Assembly (NCBI GenBank): GCA_046328535.1
Contig: JAXLWJ010000017.1
Span: 26,993 to 90,992, forward strand
Direction: 5' to 3'
DNA from: Anaerolineae bacterium
GTDB taxonomy: Bacteria; Chloroflexota; Anaerolineae; Epilineales; JAHCIE01
Length of the DNA stretch: 64,000 nt
Under the pieces are notes generated by a model. That model saw only the letters and a program-made list of their open reading frames with translations. It was not told the DNA's origin and searched no databases. The translations under genes were made by a program, and so were the position numbers. Positions 1 to 8,205 of this stretch are shown here, piece after piece (the stretch's first letter is position 1; each line of letters starts with the position of its first letter).

Positions 1-406
1 CGCTCTCCGCCGCCGCCTTCTTCGCGTTGTCGAGGAACAGGGGAATGGTCAGGAGGTACTTCGCGCCGGAGTCGCGCATCTGCATCGCCAGTTCGTGGGC
101 CGTGTACAGCGGGTTGACCGTGGTCAGGATGCCGCCGGCCAGGGCGACGCCGTGGAAGACGATGGCGTACTCTGGCAGGTTGGGCAGGTAGACGCCGAAC
201 ACGTCGCCCTTCTTGAAGCCGCGCAGGGCCAGCCCGGCGGCCAGGCGCTGCGCCGCGCCGAGCAGCCCGGCGTAGGTATACGTGCGGCCGGTGGGCGCGT
301 CAATCATGGCGGGCTTGTCGGCGCGCTGCGCCACGTCGCGGAACACGAAGGCGGTCAGCGGCATCACGGGGATGTCCACGTCGGGGAACGGGCTGCGGTA
401 GATCAT
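1..406 (-). CDS. AMP-dependent acyl-CoA synthetase/ligase (4-coumarate-CoA-ligase-like), N-terminal ~135 codons; the rest lies outside the window
   Basis: Not in the ORF track because it is open at the window edge. Own translation from ATG 406-404: MIYRSPFPDVDIPVMPLTAFVFRDVAQRADKPAMIDAPTGRTYTYAGLLGAAQRLAAGL..., a typical adenylate-forming ligase N-terminus. GGAGGA lies just upstream. Confidence 0.7.
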   Translation of the reverse strand, partial: MIYRSPFPDVDIPVMPLTAFVFRDVAQRADKPAMIDAPTGRTYTYAGLLGAAQRLAAGLALRGFKKGDVFGVYLPNLPEYAIVFHGVALAGGILTTVNPLYTAHELAMQMRDSGAKYLLTIPLFLDNAKKAAAES

Positions 407-606
407 CGGCTTCCTCCTGGAAATCGGTGTCGGCTTCGTCGCCGGTGACAGGCGGTCCCTCAATTCTACGCGCGCCGCGCCCGAACGTCTAGCGCGTCGG
501 TGGCGTCGCGCACCGCTGATGTGGAGCGCAAGCTTCGGATAGAGGTGGGCGGCGTTGTGCGGTATGCTGTCGGCAGCGATCAACAGTGAGAGCATGGGAG
601 GCAGCT

Positions 607-1563
607 ATGACGCAGCGGCCGTTTCGGTTTGGGGTCATCAACGAGGCGATGCATCGGCGCGAGCAGTGGCTCGACCACGCGCGATGCGTCGAGCAGCTAG
701 GCTATGACACATTCCTGCTCCGCGACCACTTCATTTCCGACTTCTTCGGCGAGCAGTACGCGCCCTTGGTGGCGCTGACAGCGGCCGCGCTCAGCACCCG
801 AACGCTGCGCGTCGGGACCCTCGTCATTGACAACGACTACCGTCACCCGGTGATGCTCGCCAAGGAGGCGGCCACGCTCGACGTGATGTCGGGCGGGCGG
901 CTGGAGCTTGGTATCGGGGCTGGCTGGCAGCGGGAGGAGTACGCGCAGGCGGGCATGCCGTTTGAGTCGGCCGGCGTGCGAATCAGCCGTCTGGAGGAGG
1001 CGCTGCGCGTCATCAAGGGGCTGTGGGCCGACGAGCCGCTGACCTTCGAGGGGCAGCACTACCAGGTGACCGCGCTCGACGGCACGCCAAAGCCGGCGCA
1101 GCGTCCACGCCCGCCGATTCTCATCGGGGCCGGGCAGCCGCGCATGCTGCGGGTCGCCGGCCGCGAGGCCGACATCGTCAGCGTGCTGACCACTTCGGTG
1201 GCAAGCGGGACGATGGTGGACAGCACGGCGGAGCGCCGGCCGGAGGCCGTCATGCAGAAGATCGAGTGCATTCGCCAGGGGGCCGGGGAACGTTTCGAGC
1301 GGATCGAGCTGAACCTCATCCCGACGGTCCTTCCGACCGATTGCCGCCGCGCTCGGACCGAGCAGCTCATCACCGAGCGCGGGTGGGCCGGGGTGAGCGT
1401 CGAGGACGTGTGGGCGATGCCGTCTGTGCTCATCGGCAGCGTGGAGCAGATGGCCGCCGATATGCTGGAGCGGCGCAAGACCTACGGCTTCTCGTACTAC
1501 GCCGTGTCGGATGCGGCGATGGAGGCGTTCTCCCCCGTTGTGGCGCGCCTATGCGGGAAATAG
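607..1563 (+). CDS. LLM-class (luciferase-like) F420-dependent oxidoreductase
   Basis: ORF 586..1563. Start moved to ATG 607, which has GGGAGG upstream. Luciferase-like monooxygenase pattern (RFGV..., LELGIGAGW, PPILIGAGQPRML). Confidence 0.8.
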   Translation: MTQRPFRFGVINEAMHRREQWLDHARCVEQLGYDTFLLRDHFISDFFGEQYAPLVALTAAALSTRTLRVGTLVIDNDYRHPVMLAKEAATLDVMSGGRLELGIGAGWQREEYAQAGMPFESAGVRISRLEEALRVIKGLWADEPLTFEGQHYQVTALDGTPKPAQRPRPPILIGAGQPRMLRVAGREADIVSVLTTSVASGTMVDSTAERRPEAVMQKIECIRQGAGERFERIELNLIPTVLPTDCRRARTEQLITERGWAGVSVEDVWAMPSVLIGSVEQMAADMLERRKTYGFSYYAVSDAAMEAFSPVVARLCGK

Positions 1564-1571
1564 CGCTACGG

Positions 1572-1904
1572 CTACCTCGGCGGCGCTTTGGCGTCAAGGT
1601 GGGCCTGACGCATGTAGAGGAAGAGCGGCAGCCCGAATGAGACGCCGACGAGCAGCGTCCCGAGTACGGGCGCCCACAGCCGCGCCACCCCGAGCCGCCG
1701 CCCTTCGGCGAAAATGAACACGAGCAACACGACTGCTGAGACGATGACATCCACGGCGAAGAACGCCGCGATATTGTTCGCGAAGAGGTTCTGAACGAAT
1801 AGAGGGATATTGAGGCCGTTGGCGAGCAGCCACGGCACGAACAGAGCATAGGGTACGATAGCGCCGACGACAGCGAGCAGCAGATAGACGCGGCGCAGGC
1901 TCAT
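1572..1904 (-). CDS. small polytopic membrane protein (DUF2834-like)
   Basis: 110-aa ORF with three hydrophobic helices and high GC3. Confidence 0.6.
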   Translation of the reverse strand: MSLRRVYLLLAVVGAIVPYALFVPWLLANGLNIPLFVQNLFANNIAAFFAVDVIVSAVVLLVFIFAEGRRLGVARLWAPVLGTLLVGVSFGLPLFLYMRQAHLDAKAPPR

Positions 1905-1944
1905 AAGTCCTCCATCAAGCTGCCAAGGAGATTCGATGATGAGT

Positions 1945-2457
1945 TCAAGCAGTCACCAGGCGCTTGCGCATGACGAGCAGGTGGGCGGCGCGCTGCCGCC
2001 GCTCGCCCAGCGTCTCGAAGCCGTGGCGTAGGTAGAAGCGCTCGGCCTGCTCCGTCTCTAGAATGATTGCCTCGCACCCCTCCCGCCGCGCCAGCTCCTC
2101 CGCGAACGCCAGCAGGCGCGCGCCTAGCCCGCCGCCCTGGTCGGCGCGGCCGACGGCGAGGGTCGTGATGTTGAGGACGCGGCCGTCGGGCGCGTGGGTC
2201 ACGCGCGGGTCCTCGTCCAGCGTCGGCTCCCGCTCCTCAGCCCACTTCTCCGTGGTCAGGTAACCCACGAACCGCGGCGGCCGGTCGTCGGCCTGCTCCT
2301 CCAACACGACGCAGCCGGCCGGAAACACCTCCAGCCGGGCGCGGATGACGGCCGGGTCTTCCTCAGTGCCGTGCTCACTGAACAGGTCGCGGTCCAGGGC
2401 GACGATGTGGGGCAGGTCGTCCAGGGTGACCGGCCGAAGGATGATGCTCGTGGTCAT
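1945..2457 (-). CDS. GNAT family N-acetyltransferase
   Basis: 170-aa ORF. Acetyl-CoA pocket motif region GRADQGGGLGARLLAFAEELARREG. Confidence 0.8.
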   Translation of the reverse strand: MTTSIILRPVTLDDLPHIVALDRDLFSEHGTEEDPAVIRARLEVFPAGCVVLEEQADDRPPRFVGYLTTEKWAEEREPTLDEDPRVTHAPDGRVLNITTLAVGRADQGGGLGARLLAFAEELARREGCEAIILETEQAERFYLRHGFETLGERRQRAAHLLVMRKRLVTA

Positions 2458-2460
2458 GGC

Positions 2461-3435
2461 TCAAGGCACGGGGCCGCCGCGGCCGGCGGTGAACAGGCTG
2501 TACCACTCCGAGCGCGTCAGCGCCACGTCGTCGGCCTGGGCGCTGGCGGCGATGCGCGCGACGTTCGTCGTGCCGATGACGGGCTGGATGCCGGCGGGGT
2601 GGCGCAGGAGCCACGCCAGGGCGATGGCCTCGCGGCTGACGCCCTTCGCCTCGGCCAGCCGCGCCACGGCGCCCGCCGCCGCGCGGACGCGGGCGTCGGC
2701 GTCCTCCGGCGGCTCGATGAGGTGGCCTTTAGCGACAGGGGAGTACGCCTGGATCATGATGTCGTGCAGGCGGCAGGTGTCGAGGACCCCGGTCACGGCG
2801 CTGTACTTGTCGCCCGCGACATCCACGACGACGCCGTCGTTGATGAGGTCGTTGTGGAGGAGGTTCAGCTCGAGCTGGTTGGCGACGAGAGGCTGGTCGA
2901 GATACTTTTGGAGCAGGGCGATCTGGCCGCCGTTGAAGTTGCTGACGCCGAAGTAGCGCACCTTGCCGCTCCCGTGCAGCTCGGCGAAGGCGCGGGCCAC
3001 CTCGGCCGGCTCCATCAGGGCGTCCGGGCGGTGCAGCAGGAGGATGTCAATGGTGTCGGTGCGCAGGCGGCGCAGGCTGCCCTCCACCGAGGCGACGATG
3101 TGCTCGTAGCTGAAATCGTAGCGGCCGGGGTCGTCCGGGCCGGGGTCGCCGCGAAAGCGGATCGCGCACTTGGTCTGGATGATGATGCGCTGGCGAACGC
3201 CGGGCATGTCCTGCAAGACATCGCCGAAGACGCTCTCCGACTTGCCGCGGCCGTAGATGTCGGCGTGGTCGAAGAAGTTGATGCCGTGGTCCAGGGCGAC
3301 GCTGATGACGCGGGCGGCGTGGGCGCGCGTCTCGGCGGAATACGTGGGGCTATCCCAGGGGCCGCCGAGGGTCATGCAGCCCTGGGCGATGCGGGAGACG
3401 TTCAGGTCGGTGTTGGGGAGGTGGTACGTTTTCAT
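2461..3435 (-). CDS. aldo/keto reductase
   Basis: 324-aa ORF (MKTYHLPNTDLNVSRIAQGCMTLGG..., DHADIYG, LLLHRPD). Confidence 0.9.
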   Translation of the reverse strand: MKTYHLPNTDLNVSRIAQGCMTLGGPWDSPTYSAETRAHAARVISVALDHGINFFDHADIYGRGKSESVFGDVLQDMPGVRQRIIIQTKCAIRFRGDPGPDDPGRYDFSYEHIVASVEGSLRRLRTDTIDILLLHRPDALMEPAEVARAFAELHGSGKVRYFGVSNFNGGQIALLQKYLDQPLVANQLELNLLHNDLINDGVVVDVAGDKYSAVTGVLDTCRLHDIMIQAYSPVAKGHLIEPPEDADARVRAAAGAVARLAEAKGVSREAIALAWLLRHPAGIQPVIGTTNVARIAASAQADDVALTRSEWYSLFTAGRGGPVP

Positions 3436-3562
3436 GGGGGAGGACTCACCTTTAGGCGCGTTGCGCGAATCATCCTGCGGCGATTAAGGGTTCGACCTGC
3501 CTCGTGGGCCGGTTTACTGCCAGATCATGTTGTGTCTGTAAGTTCAGCCAGGGCAAGGTGTT

Positions 3563-3663
3563 GGATCACGAAAGGCGCGAAAACGACGCGAAAGACGCGA
3601 AAGAAGAGTCGCCCAGTGTGTACCTTTCGCGTTTTTCGCGCCCTTTCGTGGCTTTCGTGATCC
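3563..3663. repeat. ~100-bp long imperfect palindrome, family A (CACGAAAGGCGCGAAA arms)
   Basis: GGATCACGAAAGGCGCGAAAACGACGCGAAAG ... CTTTCGCGTTTTTCGCGCCCTTTCGTGGCTTTCGTGATCC. Related copies at 27330-27420 and a half copy at 52824-52857. Confidence 0.85.
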
Positions 3664-3893
3664 AGATGTTCACCGCTCGCGTAAGTCTCCTCAATTATGA
3701 TGCCTTGAGAGGAAGCGTGCAAAACCCTCCAGCGCATCCGCCTTGACTATCCCGCTTTTTGTACCGCAAATCGGATATGAATCGCGCGCCAGGTGTGATT
3801 TGATATGAGCAGGGGGACGGTTGCCCCGGCCCGGCCCCTTCGCAGACAATACCCATCACCCGCAAGGAACTCTAGAAAGAAAGGAACAAGGCC

Positions 3894-4739
3894 ATGTTGC
3901 ACGGTAACACGTATCGCTGGCGCGCTCTCGCCGCGCTGACCGTGGTGGTGATGCTCGTCGCGCTGATGGCGGTCCTCGTCGGCGCGCAGCCGACCCAGGC
4001 CCAGGGCCAGGTCGAGAGCATGTCGAATTTCCGCGTCCTGCCGCCAAGCTCCAACCCGTACGGTCTCTCGTACAGCCAGTGGAGCGTCAAGTGGTGGCAG
4101 TGGGCCATCGGGACGCCATACTCGAAAAGCCCCCTCAACAGCAACCTCAAGCCCGCCGCTCCGTGTGGCACGGACCAGTCCGGCCCTGTCTTCTTCCTCG
4201 GCGGCGCCCTGGGGCCAGGGGACAATGTCCACCGCGACTGCGCGGTACCCTTGGGCAAGGCGCTGCTCATGCCCATCATCAATGTCGAGTGGGACGAAGA
4301 GGGTGTGACAACGCCCTTGACCGTCGTCCAGCTAGGCCAGACTGCGAAGAGTATCACGGACCACACGACGGACCGCAGCATCACTGTTGACGGCGTGCCG
4401 ATCCCCGACAACCAGATCTATCGGATACCGTCGCCCGTGTTCTTCACCTACACGATGTCGGCGACCGACAACCTCTACAACCTCAAGTGTACCGGGACCC
4501 TCAACCCCAAATGCCGCGACAGCAATGGGCCGGTGAACTTCCCCGGTCTGATCTGCGCGTTCGGCAAGTGTACGGCGATAGCGATGGGCGATGGCTACTA
4601 TGTCATGCTCGCGCCTCTGACGGCCGGCGATCACGTCATCCACTTCCACGGCCGCTTCACGACCGAGTTCGACGGGGTCCAGGACATCACGTACCACCTG
4701 TGCGTCGGCAAGACGACCTGCAATCCGATCCCCAGCTGA
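3894..4739 (+). CDS. secreted Cys-containing protein of unknown function (paralog 1 of a tandem pair)
   Basis: 281-aa ORF with an N-terminal signal/TM segment (ALAALTVVVMLVALMAVLVGAQPTQA). Shares YSQWSVKWWQW, VFFLGG and YVMLAPL..G.H motifs with 5088-5866. Confidence 0.75.
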   Translation: MLHGNTYRWRALAALTVVVMLVALMAVLVGAQPTQAQGQVESMSNFRVLPPSSNPYGLSYSQWSVKWWQWAIGTPYSKSPLNSNLKPAAPCGTDQSGPVFFLGGALGPGDNVHRDCAVPLGKALLMPIINVEWDEEGVTTPLTVVQLGQTAKSITDHTTDRSITVDGVPIPDNQIYRIPSPVFFTYTMSATDNLYNLKCTGTLNPKCRDSNGPVNFPGLICAFGKCTAIAMGDGYYVMLAPLTAGDHVIHFHGRFTTEFDGVQDITYHLCVGKTTCNPIPS

Positions 4740-4759
4740 GAACAAGTCCCCCTACACAA

Positions 4760-4797
4760 GCGCCTGCCTCGCGCCCCGCGCGGGGCAGGCGCTTTTT
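4760..4797 (+). terminator. rho-independent terminator
   Basis: GCGCCTGCC...GGCAGGCGC stem followed by TTTTT, 20 nt after the stop of 3894..4739. Confidence 0.7.
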
Positions 4798-5087
4798 GCG
4801 GGGGGGCTGGACCGTTGGGATAGAACTGTACCGTTTTTGTATCACTTCTGTACCCGGCGCGCGCGCCAACTCGCGCTACACTACTGACATGGCGTACCGC
4901 GTAAGCCGGCATGAAAGGAGGGGGATCGGACTGGAGCGATGATGCTCGCCTGGACCGTCGCCGCACTAAACCGCGTTGGCGCGGCCTCCGAACACAGGCG
5001 CATCTCTCGAACGTGTGGTGCGAATTGATCGGCAATCGGCGGGATGCCCTAGCGCATCTCCCACAACACCCATCAGGAGGATGACAT

Positions 5088-5866
5088 ATGACCAGTCGGG
5101 TGTCTCGATGGCAGCGGCTCATCAGCATGGTTGGCATTGTCGCGGTGGTTGCTCTCGTTCTCGTCCCAGCGTTCACGCCCGGGGTTGCCCTGGCCGACCC
5201 GAACACGGACCATGGTGTGGTACCGCCTGGGGGCCTGTGTACGGTCGGACATATGAAGAGTGGAGCGCCAGGTGGTGGCAGTGGGTATTCGCCATCCCTG
5301 CCCCCAACAACCCATTGTTGGACACCATAGGCAAGAATGCGTACTTTGGCCAATCCGAGCGCGTGTTCTTCCTCGCGGGCGCGTTCTGTGTGCAATCGCC
5401 TACTCCAAGTAACTGCCAGCACAACCAAGTGACCCGCTATGTCATCATTCCTCGAGGGAAGCCCATTTTCTTCCCTGTCGCCAACTCATGGGCGGATAGT
5501 ATTGGGGTCGATCCCCTCCCGTCGGAAGAAGCGGTCGCAATGTGGGCTAAGGAAGGTCAGGACGGCGCCACCGACCTGAAGGCTTCCGTTGATGGATATG
5601 AGATTCAGCATCTCAACAACGCGCCGCCCTTCCGCGTCGCCTCCCCGGTGTTCTCCTACCAGCTGCCTGCGAACAACCTGTTGAAAGCCACACTTCCCCC
5701 CGAATATGCGCCTTTGCTCGGCCCACAGAGAGTGCCACGCGCGGCGAGCAATGGAGTGTATGTGATGCTTGCCCCACTCGCGCCGGGCAGCCACATCATC
5801 AAGTTCTCGGCCAAGTTCCCGAACGATTTCAGCCTGGACATCAAGTACCACATCTGGGTCATTTAG
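5088..5866 (+). pseudogene. secreted protein paralog 2, reading frame broken at a G5 run (5229-5233)
   Basis: The signal peptide is in ORF 5088..5330 (MTSRVSRWQRLISMVGIVAVVALVLVPAFTPGVALA...VVPPGG). The mature part is in ORF 4976..5866 (GPVYGRTYEEWSARWWQW...). The two frames join colinearly with paralog 1 (RVLPPSSNPYGLSYSQWSVKWWQW). Confidence 0.7.
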
Positions 5867-5895
5867 TCGCGATCTCTACCATCGAGCGTCCACCT

Positions 5896-6051
5896 CTATC
5901 TTTGCACTCTGCTGTGTAGCGGGGGTGTGGGGGCCGCAGGCCCGAACACCCCGCGTCGTTCAGGGGCGCAGTCCCCACTGAAGAAGGGGAAAGGGGGTAG
6001 TTTGGAGGGCTGCGCCCTCCAAGCCTCCCCACCAGACACAAAGTGCAAACA
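5896..6051. repeat. family D element, copy 1 (~155 bp)
   Basis: CTATCTTTGC...GGGGGCCGCAGGCCC...GAAGGGGAAAGGGGGTAGTTTGGAGGGCTGCGCCCTCCAAGCCTCCCCACCAGACACAAAGTGCAAACA. An inverted copy lies at 29466-29598. Confidence 0.85.
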
Positions 6052-6203
6052 TAGAGGATTCACGCGAGTCACCGTAGCGCGCTCACCAACTCAATACCGT
6101 CACGAGACACCGCAGCGCTGCGGTGTCTCGTTCGTTTTATTTCAGCATCTGCGCGCGGCGGGCGTATCATTTAGGGTACCCACGGCGAAAGGATAACCCG
6201 CGC

Positions 6204-7120
6204 ATGATACTGGCCCTCTCCGGCGGCGTCGGCGGGGCGAAGCTCGTCCAGGGCCTCGCCGCCCACGTCCCCGCCGATACCCTGGCTATCGTCGTCAACA
6301 CCGGCGACGACTTCGAGCACTTCGGCCTGCACATCTCGCCCGACGTTGACACCGTCATGTATACCCTGGCCGGGCTATCCAGCCCTGACCGCGGCTGGGG
6401 CCTGCAGGGCGAGACGTGGAGCGCGATGGCGATGTTCGGCCGCTACGGCGCGGACACGTGGTTCAACCTGGGCGACCAAGGACGCGCCACCAACATCCTG
6501 CGCACCCAGGCCCTGCGCCAGGGCCTCGCGCCGTCACCGACGAGCTGCGCCGCCGCCTGGGCGTCGCGGTGCGCATCATCCCCATGACCGACGACCCTGT
6601 CACCACCTACGTGGACACGCCGATGGGAACCATTCTCCACTTCCAGGAGTATTTCGTGCGCGAGCGGTACGCGCCGGACGTGCTGGGCATCGAGTTGCGC
6701 GGGCTGGCCGAGGCGCAGCCGTCGCCGCCGCTGCGGGAGGCGCTGGCCGAGGCCGACGTGGTCATCGTCACACCGTCGAACCCCATCGTCAGCGTCGGCC
6801 CGATCCTCGGCGTGCCCGGCGTGCGCGACGCCCTGCGCCAGAGCCGCGCCCGCCGCGTCGCTGTGACACCGCTCATCGCGGGGCAGGCGGTCAAGGGGCC
6901 GACGGTCGCCATGATGCGCTGGGCGGGGTTGGCGCCGACCGCCCTGTCCGTCGCTCGCCTGTACAGCGACTTCCTGGACACATTCATCCTCGACGAGCGG
7001 GACGCTGCCCTGCGTCCCGACATCGAGGCGCTGGGCCTGCGCGTCCACGTCACGGATACCCTGATGACGACGGCCGAGGACAAGGCGCGCCTGGCCGGCG
7101 AGATTCTGGCCCTGGTATGA
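6204..7120 (+). pseudogene. cofD: 2-phospho-L-lactate transferase CofD/FbiA, split by a 1-nt frame lesion near 6528-6533
   Basis: N-terminal half in ORF 6123..6587 ([46 protein letters not shown]). C-terminal half in ORF 6416..7120 (AVTDELRRRLGVAVRIIPMTDDPVTTYVDT...). The switch falls between LRTQALRQGLA and AVTDEL. Confidence 0.8.
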
Positions 7121-8205
7121 GCCGCGTCGCCGCCATCGTGCCGGCCAAGCCCCTGGCCCGCGCCAAGACCCGCCTCGGCGACACCCTGACCGACGCCGAG
7201 CGAAGCGATGTCGCGGCGCGGCTGCTGGAGCGCGTCCTGTCGGCCCTCCACGCCGCCCACGGCATAGATAGCGTGTGGGTCGTCGGCGGCGATGAGGAGG
7301 TGCGGGCGCTGGCGGCGCGTCACGACGCCCAGTATATCGAGGAGCCGGGCCACGACCTCAACGAGAGCCTGGCCCTGGCGCTAGAGCGCCTGCCGGCCGA
7401 GGTGACCCACGCCTTGCTCGTCCCCATGGACCTGCCGTTCCTGAGCAGCGAAGCCCTGGATTTGCTCATTGACGACGCCAGCCAGGACGGCACCGACGTA
7501 CTCATCGCCCCCGACCGCTGGGGCCACGGCACGAACGCGCTGCTGGTCGTGCGGCCCTTCCGCCTTCAGCCCGCGTTCGGCGTCGAGAGCCTGGCGCGCC
7601 ATCTGGCCGCCGCCGCGTCCGAGGGCCTGGCCGTCGCCGTGTTCTACAGCCGCGACCTGGCCTTTGACATAGACACCTCGGCGGACCTGGCGGAGGCGGG
7701 GATCATTCTCCCTCTCCCAGGGGGAGAGGGACGAACAGGCCTTTCTGGGGTGGGGCCGCAACGTCCCTCCTCCATCCCCCCATCCCCCTTCCTCCCCGGA
7801 CAAGTGGGGGGCCCTGGGCAGCGGGCAAGGCGGGGGCAGGTGGGGGACAGATCGCCGCCCTCCCGCCTGTCCGCCCCGGAACAGGTTGTGGGCGAGGGCC
7901 AGCGCGTCTTCCGTCTCCTCCCCCTCTTCTCCCCTCTCCCAAAATGGGAGAGGGGCCGGGGGAGAGGGACGAAGGGGGTAAGGTGTGACTACCGACGTCC
8001 TCGTGATTGGCGGGGGGCTGGCCGGGATGACGGCGGCGCTGCGGGCGGCGCAGGCCGGGGCGCGGGTGCTGCTGCTGGCGCGGGCGGCGCCGGGCGTGGC
8101 GTGCAACAGCGCCGTGTCCGGCGGCGGCATGCTCATCGCCGGGCCCAACATTACCCGCGCGGCGCACGCCGAGCTGACGATGGCGGTCGGCCACGGCATC
8201 AATGA
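7117..8205 (+). CDS. cofC: 2-phospho-L-lactate/EPPG guanylyltransferase CofC/FbiD; the recognisable domain ends ~7700 and the frame stays open through repeat DNA
   Basis: ATG 7117 overlaps the cofD stop (ATGA). MSRVAAIVPAKPLARAKTRL...DRWGHGTNALL...FDIDTSADLAEAG. The tail after ~7700 is low-complexity read-through of family C repeats and overlaps the next gene by 221 bp. Confidence 0.7.
   Translation: MSRVAAIVPAKPLARAKTRLGDTLTDAERSDVAARLLERVLSALHAAHGIDSVWVVGGDEEVRALAARHDAQYIEEPGHDLNESLALALERLPAEVTHALLVPMDLPFLSSEALDLLIDDASQDGTDVLIAPDRWGHGTNALLVVRPFRLQPAFGVESLARHLAAAASEGLAVAVFYSRDLAFDIDTSADLAEAGIILPLPGGEGRTGLSGVGPQRPSSIPPSPFLPGQVGGPGQRARRGQVGDRSPPSRLSAPEQVVGEGQRVFRLLPLFSPLPKWERGRGRGTKGVRCDYRRPRDWRGAGRDDGGAAGGAGRGAGAAAGAGGAGRGVQQRRVRRRHAHRRAQHYPRGARRADDGGRPRHQ
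7703..7978. repeat. cluster of family C G/C hairpin repeats (CCCTCTCCC-loop-GGGAGAGGG and CCTCCTCCATCCCCCC...GGGGG types)
   Basis: CCCTCTCCCAGGGGGAGAGGG at ~7707. CCTCCTCCATCCCCCCATCCCCCTTCCTCCCC at ~7765. CCCCTCTCCCAAAATGGGAGAGGGGCC at ~7935. Confidence 0.85.

Noticed and set aside
6346-8205. 619-aa ORF taken as a single gene.
   Set aside because: Only the segment from ATG 7117 looks like a real protein (CofC). The first 257 codons are an off-frame read of cofD.
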